A DNA stretch of 64,000 nt, taken from NCBI GenBank assembly GCA_965285935.1, contig OZ260665.1:27218001-27282000 (forward strand), read 5' to 3'. This document shows positions 14,592 to 27,699 of this stretch, one piece after another. The notes under the pieces are model-generated. The model made no database searches, was not told the origin of the DNA, and saw only the letters and a list, made by a program, of their open reading frames with translations. Position numbers and translations under genes: made by a program. Source of the DNA: Ophelia neglecta. Its lineage: Eukaryota. Within the stretch, counting starts at the first letter, position 1. Every line of letters begins with the position of its first letter.

Positions 14592-14738
14592 GAGATAACA
14601 TACCTTTGGTATGCAGTGATATCCAATGGCACCTGAGATAACATACCTTTGGTATGCAGTGATATCCAATGGCACCTGAGATAACATACCTTTGGTATGC
14701 AGTGATATCCTTTGGTATGCAGTGATATCCAATGGCAC
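14592..14738. repeat. 43-bp tandem repeat, ~3 copies
   Basis: Unit GAGATAACATACCTTTGGTATGCAGTGATATCCAATGGCACCT plus a partial internal duplication. Confidence 0.9.
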
Positions 14739-15165
14739 TTTTTCATTCCATGCTAATGTTCTTCATTATCAGTGTGTATTTCATGTGATCATGAATTTTG
14801 TAAATTAATTTAATGAAGAAAAAGTAGGATCATTTATTTACCTATAATACATTTATACATTTCATATTGAATCCTGTAGAGTAAGTAAATAACACTGTGA
14901 TCCCAAGGAATGGAAGAACACGAAGGGCCTTGTCAGAGGAAGTTGGCAGGGGGTGCTTGTGGTCATTATTTGGTGATGTTCCTAGGCTTACCAAGTTTCC
15001 GACAATAGGTCAGAAACACACACATTTTGCCCGTCTGAGACCACAAAAAGCAGCAAATCCCCCACATTCCCACAGCCTAAACTTGGTAACCCTGCTTTAC
15101 AGTGCCATAATGCACACAAGGTCTTTGTCCAGGTTGTCTTTCCATACCTTATTCTCACATATGTC

Positions 15166-16022
15166 ATGTATCCAGGTGTAGCTAGTCATGGTTTATGTAC
15201 AGTTAGATTGGACCTTGGCTTGTATCCAGCCGTGGCAAGTCATGGTTTACATTTACTGTTAGATTAGAGCATGGCTTGTATCCAGATTTGGCATGGTTCT
15301 CATTTACAGTAAGATTAGACCATGGCTTGTATCCAGGCATGGCCAGTCATGTTAGTATGTACAGTTAGATTAGACCATGGCTTGTATCCAGGCATGGCCA
15401 GTCATATAGTTTATATTTACAGTTAGATTGGACCATGGCTTGTATCCAGGCATGGCCAGGCATGTTAGTATGTACAGTTAGATTAGACCATGGCTTGTAT
15501 CCAGGCATGGCCAGTCATATAGTTTATATTTACAGTTAGATTGGACCATGGCTTGTATCCAGGCATGGCCAGTCATATAGTTTATATTTACAGTTAGACT
15601 GGACCATGGCTTGTATCCAGGCATGGCCAGTCATATAGTTTATATTTACAGTTAGATTGGACCATGGCTTGTATCCAGGCATGGCCAGTCATATAGTTTA
15701 TATTTACAGTTAGACTGGACCATGGCTTGTATCCAGGCATGGCCATTTACAGTTAGACTGGACCATGGCTTGTATCCAGGCATGGCCAGTCATATAGTTT
15801 ATATTTACAGTTAGATTGGACCATGGCTTGTATCCAGGCATGGCCAGTCATATAGTTTATATTTACAGTTAGACTGGACCATGGCTTGTATCCAGGCATG
15901 GCCAGTCATATAGTTTATATTTACAGTTAGACTGGACCATGGCTTGTATCCAGGCATGGCCAGTCATATAGTTTATATTTACAGTTAGATTGGACCATGG
16001 CTTGTATCCAAGTGAGGCCAGT
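15166..16022. repeat. 58-bp minisatellite, ~15 copies
   Basis: Unit TACAGTTAGATTGGACCATGGCTTGTATCCAGGCATGGCCAGTCATATAGTTTATATT; degenerate at the 5' end, homogeneous at the 3' end. Confidence 0.95.
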
Positions 16023-17587
16023 CGTGTTTTTACAGTACATAGTTTGTACAGTGCACCAGCAGTTATTATTTTGACACCCTATCATTGTGCCTGCCTAGTT
16101 AGTACTTTTATCATGAGCAGCCAGCCTGTGTTATTTTGACTGCAGGGCAATAAAGACTTATCCTTCTTCCATAAAGAAGCACAGAGGAGGCACCGATTGT
16201 CTGAATGTATTGTATCTGACTCTATAGTAGTAGGAATGATTAAACTGTAAATATTTATGACCCATTCTCACTGAGCAAAGTGTGCATTGGGGGAAAAAGG
16301 CATGTAAGGCTTATAATGAAGCTTCCATTTTTGGGGTATTATTTAGAATAGACTGGGCAATGGGTGAATTCTGCAATGGGTGAATTCTGCTGAGGGAAAC
16401 CTGTATTTATCTCAGCACCACAACATTCAGCCGTCAGTGCAGAACATCCCGGCCGTTCCCTTGGCTAACTGGTCCACTGGGGCATACGCTCTGCTGAGCC
16501 CTAGCTAAAGTCCCATTTGCATGCGACCCGGGCTGCCAGGGGAGTCATTCTCGCTGGCCAAATTTATGTTACATCATTTTAATTGCGCCAGAGCGATAGT
16601 TAATGGCAGTTTGAGCTGAAGGAGTTATTTTACTTTCTTAAAGGTTATTTGGAGATTTAGTTTAGTTTTATATGTTAAAAGTGGTACAGGGAATGGACTG
16701 CTCGCTATACAGCCGGAGAGATGTATGTCAATATCTGCAACTCTCAATACATCAACAGAAGCAGTTTGGTCCATTTTGTCCAGTTTTTACCATCCTATGG
16801 TCATATCAATTCCAGAGTAATCCTGTGCTCAGTGTTTAAATCATTAGTTGACAGATGGTTCATGTAGGGTACTTATAATGACAGTTGTCATTTGTCATAC
16901 ATTAGCACGATGTCTTTTTGGGGTACTATCAGAGACGTCCTGCAGGCACTGTAGCCATTAGACCTCTAGCCAATAACTCTCCCACTAACAGTTTGAGTCC
17001 AGAAATCAGCCAGGATGATTTGCAGGTTATATTTGCTGAGGTCGTAGTGGATGATCAGGGTGTCATCATCAGGAGACGAGCCCATCTAACCTGCCAGCTC
17101 AGATTTACCATGCTGGCCGCCAATCATCCTCCTAATTCCTGTCAACTTAGTAGTATTGGGATGTCAATCCGGCAATAATCCTCAGCCGGTGGCTGGTGGT
17201 TAGCCTGATAGTGGTGGATTATTGCCAAAGCAGGAAGGCTAATCCTATGTGCTTGAAGCTGTTTTTCTTGTAAAGACAAATAGGCCATGAAAATGATTGA
17301 TGCTCTGGGCTTGTTTACAGAGCTCGACCAACTCAAACTGCCATCAGCGTGACGCTGAATCATTGTAAACGAGCCTGTGGTAAACGGGCAAAAATGGTAC
17401 TTATCTAGGTGATCTCCATCAAATAACTGTCACCATACTAATTTGTAAAATATCAATCCTGTAGATAGTGTACAAATATTAATGCAATGGCTCCATGGTC
17501 ACTGGAATGCTTAGGTCCATTCATTGACTGGTTTAGATACAATTTAAACTATACCTTAATAGTAATAATGTGGTTTATTATACTCAT

Positions 17588-18412
17588 GTTGATGGTCATA
17601 CCCACATATATCATTTCATGATCTTTCCCTCTGGTATCTGTTGATGGTCATACCCACCGATATAATTTTATGATCTTTCCCTCTGGTATCTGTTGATGGT
17701 CATACCAGAGATATCATTTCATGATCTTTCTCTCTGGTATCGGTTGATGGTCATACCAGAGATATCATTTAATGATCTTTCCCCATGATATTAGTTGATG
17801 GTCATACCCACAGATATCATTTAATGATCTTTCCCCATGATATTTGTTGATGGTCATACCCACAGATATCATTTAATGATCTTTCCCCATGATATTTGTT
17901 GATGGTCATACCCACAGATATCATTTAATGATCTTTCCCCATGATATTTGTTGATGGTCATACCCACAGATATCATTTAATGATCTTTCCCCATGATATT
18001 TGTTGATGGTCATACCCACAGATATCATTTAATGATCTTATCACACCACCAAAGCGTGGCCGAGTGGTTAGGGGGTCCGCCTCGCAAGTGGGAGATCGGG
18101 GTTTGAAGCTCGATCGCGTCAAACCCAAGACGTAAAAATAGGTACTGATAGCTCCCCTGCCAGGCGCCCGGGATTTCGGGGGTAGGATCAGGACTGGTCA
18201 ACCCGGTGTCAGTATAATGTGACTGGGTGGGGTTCCCTGTCTGGTGTCTACGGCAGGTACTCCAGTGAGACAGCACTCTAAAGAGGGCATTGGGCCCACT
18301 GTCGCAAGTAGGCACAGTGGCGATATGACCGATAAGTGTTAAAAGCCACATAAAACCCCAAACAACAACAACAACAACATCTTATCACTGATATCTGTTG
18401 AGGGTCGTACCC
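17588..18412. repeat. 52-bp minisatellite (~9 copies) with a SINE in its last unit
   Basis: Unit GTTGATGGTCATACCCACAGATATCATTTAATGATCTTTCCCCATGATATTT; resumes after the SINE as TGATATCTGTTGAGGGTCGTACCC. Confidence 0.93.
18045..18378 (+). mobile_element. Full-length tRNA-derived SINE with Meta/MESC-like core and (AAC)n tail
   Basis: Pol III A box TGGCCGAGTGG (18057-18067) and B-box-like GGTTTGAAGCT (18100-18110); core GGACTGGTCAACCCGGTGTCAGTATAATGTGACTGGGTGGGG (~18191-18232) resembles the Meta/MESC domain (recalled, not searched); tail ...AAAACCCCAAAC(AAC)n; 10-bp TSD ATCTTATCAC (18035-18044 and 18379-18388); CpG-rich relative to flanks. Confidence 0.9.
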
Positions 18413-18950
18413 TAGCCCAGATATCAATTAACTTTCATACCTAGTTTCCTGAAGTGTTTACCCTTCTGTATAAGTTTGACTTCAAGATCAAAAGGAACCA
18501 ATCGGCAATCTTTTACTTTCAGAGAGGAGCAAGGAAAGCTAATGTAGTAATTTGAGTCTTAAAAACTGTTACTAAGAGCACTATTAAGCAAATTAATATT
18601 TAAAACTCTGCCAATATTCCATTATTAGTTGCACGGTTAACACCACCAACAAAAAGTTAAAGTCCTAACTAAGATGTAATTGAAGACAGGTCATTGATGC
18701 TAACAATCTCATCCACAAATACTTCATGATGTTCAAACAATTTTTAAGCTGTCCGAATAATGAAGGAAAATATAGATTTTCTTCTAGTTGCTGTCTGATT
18801 GGTGCAAAGAGGCATCATTGACACCATTGTGGCACCAATCTGTTTTAAACAATGATCCCAGTGTGCAGTTTGTGAAAAAATAGGAAACTTTCTGGGATGA
18901 TGGATCTGACCATTCACATTTTTTGAGATAACCATGATTTTTTTCCCTTT

Positions 18951-18964
18951 GTTACCATGGTAAC
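18951..18964. promoter_or_regulatory. Perfect palindromic RFX X-box
   Basis: GTTACCATGGTAAC matches GTTRCCATGGYAAC. Confidence 0.4.
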
Positions 18965-21026
18965 GGTTGACAAGTTCAGGAGAATGACAGTGCATGGTGC
19001 AAAGTCAAAACGTGCAAAATTCTTGGAATCTAATAAAGTGATTTTTGGAAAACTCATTTGTAATATTATCCATGTCAAAGTTCAAGGCTTAAATTTCAGG
19101 TTATTATTATAACGTCAAAATCAATGGAGACAACCCGTAAAAATAAAGAGATATTTGAAGGAGTTTTTTAAGTTTTCTTAAACAAAATAGCATGAAAAAG
19201 TACACATTTTCCTGAAATTTTTTTTACATTAAATACCACCAATATTTTTAAACTCAAGGCTGACATTTTAAAGAGGTCATTCTACTCCAGCCAATGGACA
19301 TTGGAACAAGGATTCCCTTACTGTCCATAGAGACCGCCCTGTTGGTTAAAATTGGCCATAAACATAACCAGTTTCATTGATACCATTTCTCATAAAACAG
19401 AGCCATTGAAACCTTATTTCCACCATCTTGAAAGTTGAGGAAGTTTTTTTTTGATGAATTTCTCGGATTGAAGATAAAAATTGACCTTTTTATTAATATT
19501 TGTCATTTGGAAAAATATAACCTTTTTTTAGTTTTCTCAGACATGTCAAATGGTAAAGAAATGAACACTTCCTCATGCAGCTGAGAATGATGATGAATAT
19601 CAGCTTGCAGTCCAGAGTGCAGGGAGCATGGGTAAATGACCCTTATAGGTACGGTGTCTCCACCCATGTAGTCAAAGACTCCAATCAAATTTTTGCCAAT
19701 ATTTATGATAGTGTAGGAGTTCTCTAGATTATACATGTAGGTACTTGTGATACATAACCCCAGGTGAGGACAATCTACCTGTGTTATTAGGCAGCCAGAG
19801 ATGGAGAAATGCTGTCTGGTCAATACTTATTTTCAAGTTTGATGTATGTTCCCTGTTTGTTATTTTTATTCTCTAACCCCCTTCTCTCCCTGAGGCTAGC
19901 CTGCTTTGAGAACTAGTTGGTTTAATCCAAATTAAATGGAGATGGCTCATTACTTGATGAAAACTGCTCTTCATCTTCCATTAAAGGCCTTGTAGCCCTG
20001 AGGCAGTTTGAGAGTGAGCCTCTCGGAGAGTTGTAGGAGGTTTGTGTACTGAGATCTCAGCCGTCCTACTGGTGAAGAGGCAAATATCACTCTCAACATC
20101 ATCACCAAAACATCCGACAGGGCCATCCCAGGAATAGATGATGGAAGACGAGGGATTTAATCTGTCATGGATTTATCACAATGACTATATGGCTACATGC
20201 TATTTTTCATGGCAAATTTGCCCTTAATTAGGCAGCTTCCTAATTGTCATGTTAATTAGTTTATGTCTGTGGTAGAAGATAGGATTTTTAATATAGAAAT
20301 AAATACCCTTGTATCTGTGTGTGTGCTCTCAGTTTGGTCATAGTACTGTATAATCCTTCCAGATTTTATAGCCATCTGACTAGCTGATAAACTCTTACAA
20401 AATCTGGACATGAAAAAACCAAGTCAAGCACTCAAGCCTTGAACCATGCAGGTAAATCTAAACCTTTTAGCCAAGCTTCTTTCTTGGCTCAGCTATGGTT
20501 AAATGGACTTTTCCTTCTACCTAATGAAAATGGCTCAACCCTTAACAGTAACCAACAGCTAGCTAGAACTTCAAATTTAATTTTTTTAAATGTTGGGCAA
20601 GGAGATATATGTACTACCAGGTGTTTAGATATATAAGGGGCAGTGGAGCCCCTCTTGTTGAATTGTGTGTCTGTAGATGTTGATGAGTTTTGCTGCGTTG
20701 TGTTCACGTGAGATTCTGCCCCATTCTGCCCTCTTTGATCTGGTACCTCTGGTGCGGCTTCCTGTGAATCCAATGTCAGCTTTAAGAACAAGAACAGTGG
20801 TCGAATTAATGACCTGTTTTAATATGTGGTTCTTTCCATCATTATATATATTAATTAGACGGCTGGACATGACAAGGATTACATGTTCTACAGCTCTCTC
20901 TGTCATACCAGAAGGCTTCATACCCTCAACATACTGGATGATTTCATGGCAGAATGGCCTGGTTAGCAGACTTTGAGAGAAGAATTGACACCAGTTACAT
21001 GGTGGAAAGCATAAACAGTATGTAGC

Positions 21027-21201
21027 GAGAGAAGTCCTCACACTCTGCCCAGGGAGAGAAGCTTTTGCAACCTACACACGGAGAGAAGTCCTCACACTCT
21101 GCCAAGGGAGAGAAGTCCTTGAATTGGCCCAGAGAGAGAAGTCCTTGCACTCTGCCCGGAGAGAGAGAAGTCCTTGCACTCTGCCAAGGGAGAGAAGCCC
21201 A
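21027..21201. repeat. Degenerate ~28-29 bp tandem repeat, ~6 copies
   Basis: GAGAGAAGTCCTYRCACTCTGCCMAGG repeated. Confidence 0.85.
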
Positions 21202-21249
21202 GGATTAAACAAGATAACTTTTATTATTCATAGATGGATTGTCCCGGTT

Positions 21250-23927
21250 GGGGAACCAGGCTGGATTGGAGAACCAGGCTGGATTGGAGAACCAGGCTGG
21301 ATTGGAGAACCAGGCTGAATTAGCTGGCTTGGAGAACCAGGCTGGATTGACTGGCTTGGAGAACCAGGCTGGATTGACTGGCTTGGAGAACCAGGCTGGA
21401 TTGGATGGCTTGGAGAACCAGGCTGGATTGGCCGGCTTGGAGAACCAGGCTGGATTGGCCGGCTTGGAGAACCAGGCTGGATTGACTGGCTTGGAGAACC
21501 AGGCTGGATTGACTGGCTGGGAGAACCAGGCTGGATTGGATGGCTTGGAGAACCAGGCTGGCTTGGCCGGCTTGGAGACCCAGGCTGGCTTGGAGAACCA
21601 GGCTGGATTGACTGGCTTGGAGAACCAGGCTGGATTGGATGGCTTGGAGAACCAGGCTGGATTGGCCGGCTTGGAGAACCAGCCTGGATTGACTGGCTTG
21701 GAGAACCAGGCTGGATTGACTGGCTTGGAGAACCAGGCTGGATTGGATGGCTTGGAGAACCAGGCTGGATTGGCTGGCTTGGAGACCCAGGCTGGCTTGG
21801 CCGGCTTGGAGACCCAGGCTGGCTTGGAGAACCAGGCTGGATTGACTGGCTTGGAGAACCAGGCTGGATTGACTGGCTTGGAGAACCAGGCTGGATTGGA
21901 TGGCTTGGAGAACCAGGCTGGATTGGCCGGCTTGGAGACCCAGGCTGGCTTGGCCGGCTTGGAGACCCAGGCTGGCTTGGAGAACCAGGCTGGATTGACT
22001 GGCTTGGAGAACCAGGCTGGATTGACTGGCTTGGAGAACCAGGCTGGATTGGATGGCTTGGAGAACCAGGCTGGATTGGCCGGCTTGGAGAACCAGCCTG
22101 GATTGACTGGCTTGGAGAACCAGGCTGGATTGACTGGCATGGAGAACCAGGCTGGATTGGATGGCTTGGAGAACCAGGCTGGATTGGCCGGCTTGGAGAC
22201 CCAGGCTGGATTGGCCAGCTTGGAGAACCAGGCTGGATTCGATGGCTTGGAGAACCAGGCTGGATTGGCCGGCTTGGAGAACCAGCCTGGATTGACTGGC
22301 TTGGAGAACCAGGCTGGATTGGCTGGCTTGGAGAACCAGGCTGGATTGGCTGGCTTGGAGAACCAGGCTGGATTGGCCGGCTTGGAGAACCAGGCTGGAT
22401 TGGCCGGCTTGGAGAACCAGGCTGGATTGGATGGCTTGGAGAACCAGGCTGGATTGGCCGGCTTGGAGACCCAGGCTGGATTGGCCGGCTTGGAGAACCA
22501 GGCTGGATTGGATGGCTTGGAGAACCAGGCTGGATTGGCCGGCTTGGAGAACCAGCCTGGATTGACTGGCTTGGAGAACCAGGTTGGATTGGCTGGCTTG
22601 GAGAACCAAGCTGGATTCGATGGCTTGGAGAACCAGGCTGGATTGGCCGGCTTGGAGAACCAGCCTGGATTGACTGGCTTGGAGAACCAGGCTGGATTGG
22701 CCGGCTTGGAGAACCAGGCTGGATTGGCCGGCTTGGAGAACCAGGCTGGATTGGATGGCTTGGAGAACCAGGCTGGATTGGCCGGCTTGGAGACCCAGGC
22801 TGGATTGGCCGGCTTGGAGAACCAGGCTGGATTGGATGGCTTGGAGAACCAGGCTGGATTGGCCGGCTTGGAGAACCAGCCTGGATTGACTGGCTTGGAG
22901 AACCAGGTTGGATTGGCCGGCTTGGAGAACCAGGCTGGATTCGATGGCTTGGAGAACCAGGCTGGATTGGCCGGCTTGGAGAACCAGCCTGGATTGACTG
23001 GCTTGGAGAACCAGGCTGGATTGGCTGGCTTGGAGAACCAGGCTGGATTGGCTGGCTTGGAGAACCAGGCTGGATTGGCCGGCTTGGAGAACCAGGCTGG
23101 ATTGGCCGGCTTGGAGAACCAGGCTGGATTGGATGGCTTGGAGAACCAGGCTGGATTGGCCGGCTTGGAGACCCAGGCTGGATTGGCCGGCTTGGAGAAC
23201 AAGGCTGGATTGGATGGCTTGGAGAACCAGGCTGGATTGGCCGGCTTGGAGAACCAGCCTGGATTGACTGGCTTGGAGAACCAGGTTGGATTGGCTGGCT
23301 TGGAGAACCAGGCTGGATTGGCCGGCTTGGAGAACCAGGCTGGATTGGCCGGCTTGGAGAACCAGGCTGGATTGGAGAACCAGGCTGGATTGGCCGGCTT
23401 GGAGAACCAGGCTGGATTGGCCGGCTTGGAGAACCAGGCTGGATTGGCCGGCTTAGAGAACCAGGCTGGATTGGAGAACCAGGCTGGATTGACTGGCTTG
23501 GAGAACCAGGCTGGATTGACTGGCTTGGAGAACCAGGCTGGCTTGGAGAACCAGGCTGGATTGGCCGGCATGGAGAACCAGGCTGGATTGGCCGGCTTGG
23601 AGAACCAGCCTGGATTGGCCGGCTTGGAGAACCAGGCTGGATTGGCCGGCTTGGAGAACCAGGCTGGATTGACTGGCTTGGAGAACCAGGTTGGATTGGC
23701 TGGCTTGGAGAACCAGGCTGGATTGGCTGGCTTGGAGAACCAGGCTGGATTGACTGGCTTGGAGAACCAGGTTGGATTGGCTGGCTTGGAGAACCAGGCT
23801 GGATTGGCTGGCTTGGAAAACCAGGCTGGATTGGATGGCTTGGAGAACCAGCCTGGATTGGATGGCTTGGAGAACCAGGCTAGATTGGATGGCTTGGAGA
23901 AGCAGGCTGGATTGGCAGGCTTGGAGA
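21250..23927. repeat. 27-bp GC-rich minisatellite (~100 units) with 18-bp variants and higher-order structure
   Basis: Unit GGCTTGGAGAACCAGGCTGGATTGGCC; produces the 924-aa and 926-aa ORFs on opposite strands. Confidence 0.97.
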
Positions 23928-24911
23928 GTATAGTAACCCAACTAAAGCTATACACATGGCAAATGCCTTTTTTTAAACATGTCATTGAATGCCCTTATAT
24001 AATGTGTGGATGAACCCTCAGTGCTCTTCAATACAATGCAATAGGCCTGCCCTCAATCCTATCTTTATATGCTCCGAGTGTGCAGCTGAAATGGATTGCT
24101 TAGCGATATTGACGGAACTCCAAAGCTTTAGGAATTAACCACACCCTAAAGACACCCCTTCAAGACAAGCAATGATGGCTTTAAAGTGTAATGGACCAAT
24201 CACCAGAGAAATAAAAGGGTTTTAATATCATTAAGTCAGACTAGGGCTTCACTGTGAGAGTCCAGGGGGCCATTCTGCAATTGAAACAATTTTGCCATGT
24301 GCTGCTGTGTGGCTTTTAGTACATCACCCTGTACATGATTACTTATAGTCAGTCTTCACACTTCAACCAAGGCCACATCAAGACTACCAACCTCTAAAAC
24401 CCCATTCAGGATCAAGCTATATTTCACCAAAGTTGAACTTGCATATCATTGACATTGATGAAATATGTATGGAAAAGCTTGTACTCTCTGGAATCATATT
24501 GGAGCCAACATTCCCTGGCCTTGACACATTTTAATGCAGGAAAGCTTGCCATTACTTGGAATTTAGCACCAAAAGTACTATAAAGTAGGAGCTTTATTGT
24601 CTATTGTTTGCTGTCCCCAGCAGTGGCCTTGTGTTGTCGTAGACTGCTCCCCCTGGGGAGTGATATGTGTGAACCATTGGGCTCCTGAACCTCGCACAAA
24701 TGTTTGTGTGGGGCCAGGGCCATGGCTCCCTGTATGCAGTGTCACAATGAGGGGTTTTGTCACCCCACAATGCTGCCCCCTCCCACTCCACCCCTCCCAC
24801 ATCAAAGTACTGCCCATACCTTAACCTTCAACCCCTCCACCCTACCCCCTCAAACACCCCCTTCACCCTAGACTACAACCCTATTACTATACTACATGTG
24901 TTGATGATTAT

Positions 24912-24958
24912 GGGAGGGAGAGGAGGGGGGAGGGGAGGGAGGGGGAGGAGGGAGGGGC
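24912..24958 (+). other. Polypurine G-rich tract (potential G-quadruplex/H-DNA)
   Basis: GGGAGGGGAGAGGAGGGGGGAGGGGAGGGAGGGGGGAGGAGGGAGGGG: pure G/A with more than 4 GGG runs. Confidence 0.7.
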
Positions 24959-27699
24959 TGCAGACTTCACGTCTGCTACCCCCAGAGACAGTAACATATA
25001 GATTGTGATGTTAAATAGAAGCCAGGGGAAACTATATTTATGTTTATAAATATGCATGCTTGAATTGAAATATGTCTGCTCAGTGTCAAATAACATTGTC
25101 TTTTAGTGCAGGGAATTTAATGAAAACAATGTAGTCTACAGCTGCTTCTTTGAGGCTTCTCCTTTCAGAGTTCAAGATGCTGGTATGCCATTGGTTGGCC
25201 ATGGCCCATTTTAAACTCATCACATTCTATGGATTTTTTCTCCTTTCCTTGTAAGTGATTATTTCCTATACGTAAGCAGGATGCTGATTGGCCACTGATT
25301 GGTCACTTTTTATTCAGTTCATCTTTCATGGTTTAGGTCATATATCAAATGGATATGCTCCTTAAAAAAAACACATTTTAAAATGTATGTTAAAGAAAGG
25401 TGGCATATATATTTTTCAGCATTGGATACCTTCTTAAATACTAATTAATTTTGTCTATCTCCTCTCATATAGAAAGATTAAATTTGTGTGGTAGCCACTG
25501 GAAACTTGTACTCCTTTACAGAATTTACCCATAAAGATTTATTTATTGACAGTTTACCTAAAGCCAGTGTTGGGGTTCTGCAGTACAGATTACTTACACT
25601 TAGACTCCTTGGGAGTAAGTATGTATACTGGCAAAGACTATTTGCTGTCAATTACTTTGTTTTCCATGGATCAGGTACCACTTAAGTCTGTTTCAATCAA
25701 ACATTTAGATGCTCTCTGCAGTGTACACTTTATTTATGAGTTTCCTAGATAACTTTCTCTTCTTGCTCAGGTCCAAACTCTTAGTTAAGCTCTGGTCTAG
25801 ATGTCAATGCAAAATGTCTTCAAAAAATTCTACTAATTCCTTGTGGAAAGATTTGTGAGCGAGTGGGAGAGATTTGCGAGTGAAGCAAATGTGTGTTATT
25901 ACCGGAAGCAATACCTCCGTGGCAAGGCCATGTGATGTATGACCGGATTCTCTGCCATAAGGCGTGACTCTGTTCGTCAGCCACGGACATATCAAAGTCC
26001 GGCTAATGCAGCTATTCCTGATTTATTGACAAAAATTTTGCTCCCTAATTTGCAGAGCATGGCGTAAGATATGCTGCAAAGGTACCTGGGCCAACTTATT
26101 TTGCTCCGTTTTGAAAGTTGGAGTCGTTTTCCTGTCTCCTATTTACACTGACAGCAAATAAGGTCTGTCCTTAAGTAAGATTTATTGCCGATAAGAAGCC
26201 ATGATGTGCTCAGTTCTCATGTGCTATTTTCTAATTTCTGACTGAGATATTAGGTCTAGAAATGATTTATTGGTCAAGACAACAAAGCTCTCTGAAAGTC
26301 ATGGCAAACTGCCGGCCTCAAGCTCGCCATATCCCGATCAGAAAAAAATAAAGGCTTTGTTTTGTTGACTATCAAAACGTTGGATGTTAATTTCTCTGAA
26401 TTATCTTATATTACAAATGAACAATTTGAAACTGGGATGCTCCATTAATCATTCTTATCTGCTAAATAAAGCAAGATAATGACAATATGAGACAGTCCCA
26501 TATTTACTTTGGGGGCCGTCAGCAGTGATGAGTAATTTAGGTGTCATTAGATGTCATGTAGTTGTTTGCCTAAGTGATATTCTTGGTGCAGAACAACATT
26601 ATGAAATGTCTGTAAGTGGAAATTATTGGGACCAGCACTGGCATGAAATATTGAACAAAGATCCAGGATGGAGGTTTGTCAGGGATGGACACAAACGGTC
26701 CTGACACCAACATTCTTTGTTTTAATAGTGATCATCAGGCATACCTCGAAATTCTCCCTGTCTGTACAGAACATATATTAATAAGGTCAGCCATGCTCCT
26801 AAAATCGTAGACAACGCTGGCAATGGTGATTTATTGATTTTGTGGCAGCAAGTCAGTATGATCAATCATTTTAATTATCAATGGTGGCAATTGTCATATT
26901 GTACTGGCTTCAGAGGATTAAGGCTGATTATTAATAGCATTTATCTGCTTTGGCTGGGAAGAGAAAAAATCTGTGTCTGTATGGTTTTAGAGAACCGGCT
27001 CCCCATCATTAGATTCATTGATTATTTGTCTCGGATCATTTGATGCATTAGTTATCAGCTAGGCCTGCTCCTCTCGGGAGTAAGCCTGTGGAGGGTCTCA
27101 AATGGGGGGCTTGCATGGCACTGTCAAGACCTCAACGGTTGTGAACACTCTCCCCTGCTGGGTAGCGGACAGCAATTGTGTCTTAATTGAGACTCAAAAC
27201 ACAAGTTTTTATGGTAACATCATGCTTTGACAGCAGTGTTTCACACCAAAGCTTTCATCAGCATTCAAGGAAGTTTCTTTTTATATAAATGATCAATATA
27301 CCCCATGGTGACCTTGAACGTATGTTAAGCTTGATAGCATGGCTGTTTAGAGTTTCCATAGTAGTATGGAACATTACAAAGAGTAATTTTTTCCTCTTTT
27401 GCCCCTATGTGTGGGGGAGAGATTCTACACTCAATATCAGTATTCACAAGGGGAGAAAACATGTCAAAGTGTGGACAATGTGGGGATATATGTTCTGTGT
27501 CATTGTGAAACAAGGGTGTATAGGATAATAATTATTGTTTGTGTATAAATATATGATAAGTTATAATGGCTGAATAGCATGAATTCCATTAGTCTGTTTT
27601 TTGAAAATTCGATTTAGATCAAATGATCGATTGTTATAGATATACAAAGAGGTCAAGAAGTCTTTTAGGATTTTGGCCTGTACATAGATGAACATATTA

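Noticed and set aside
18025-18351. 108-aa minus-strand ORF; tRNA gene at 18050-18125
   Set aside because: The ORF is the antisense of the SINE; the tRNA-like part lacks an acceptor stem and continues into the SINE core and tail.
18700-19520. A/T-run-rich segment resembling a non-autonomous DNA transposon
   Set aside because: Could not identify TIRs or a TSD by eye.
20489-21041. Cluster of 99-138 aa ORFs
   Set aside because: No recognisable domain, no convincing splice sites, overlapping frames on both strands.
21319-23880. Collagen gene (GEPGWIG frame)
   Set aside because: No start codon or splice signals, Trp in every repeat and frequent Gly-to-Asp/Arg substitutions, incompatible with a triple helix.
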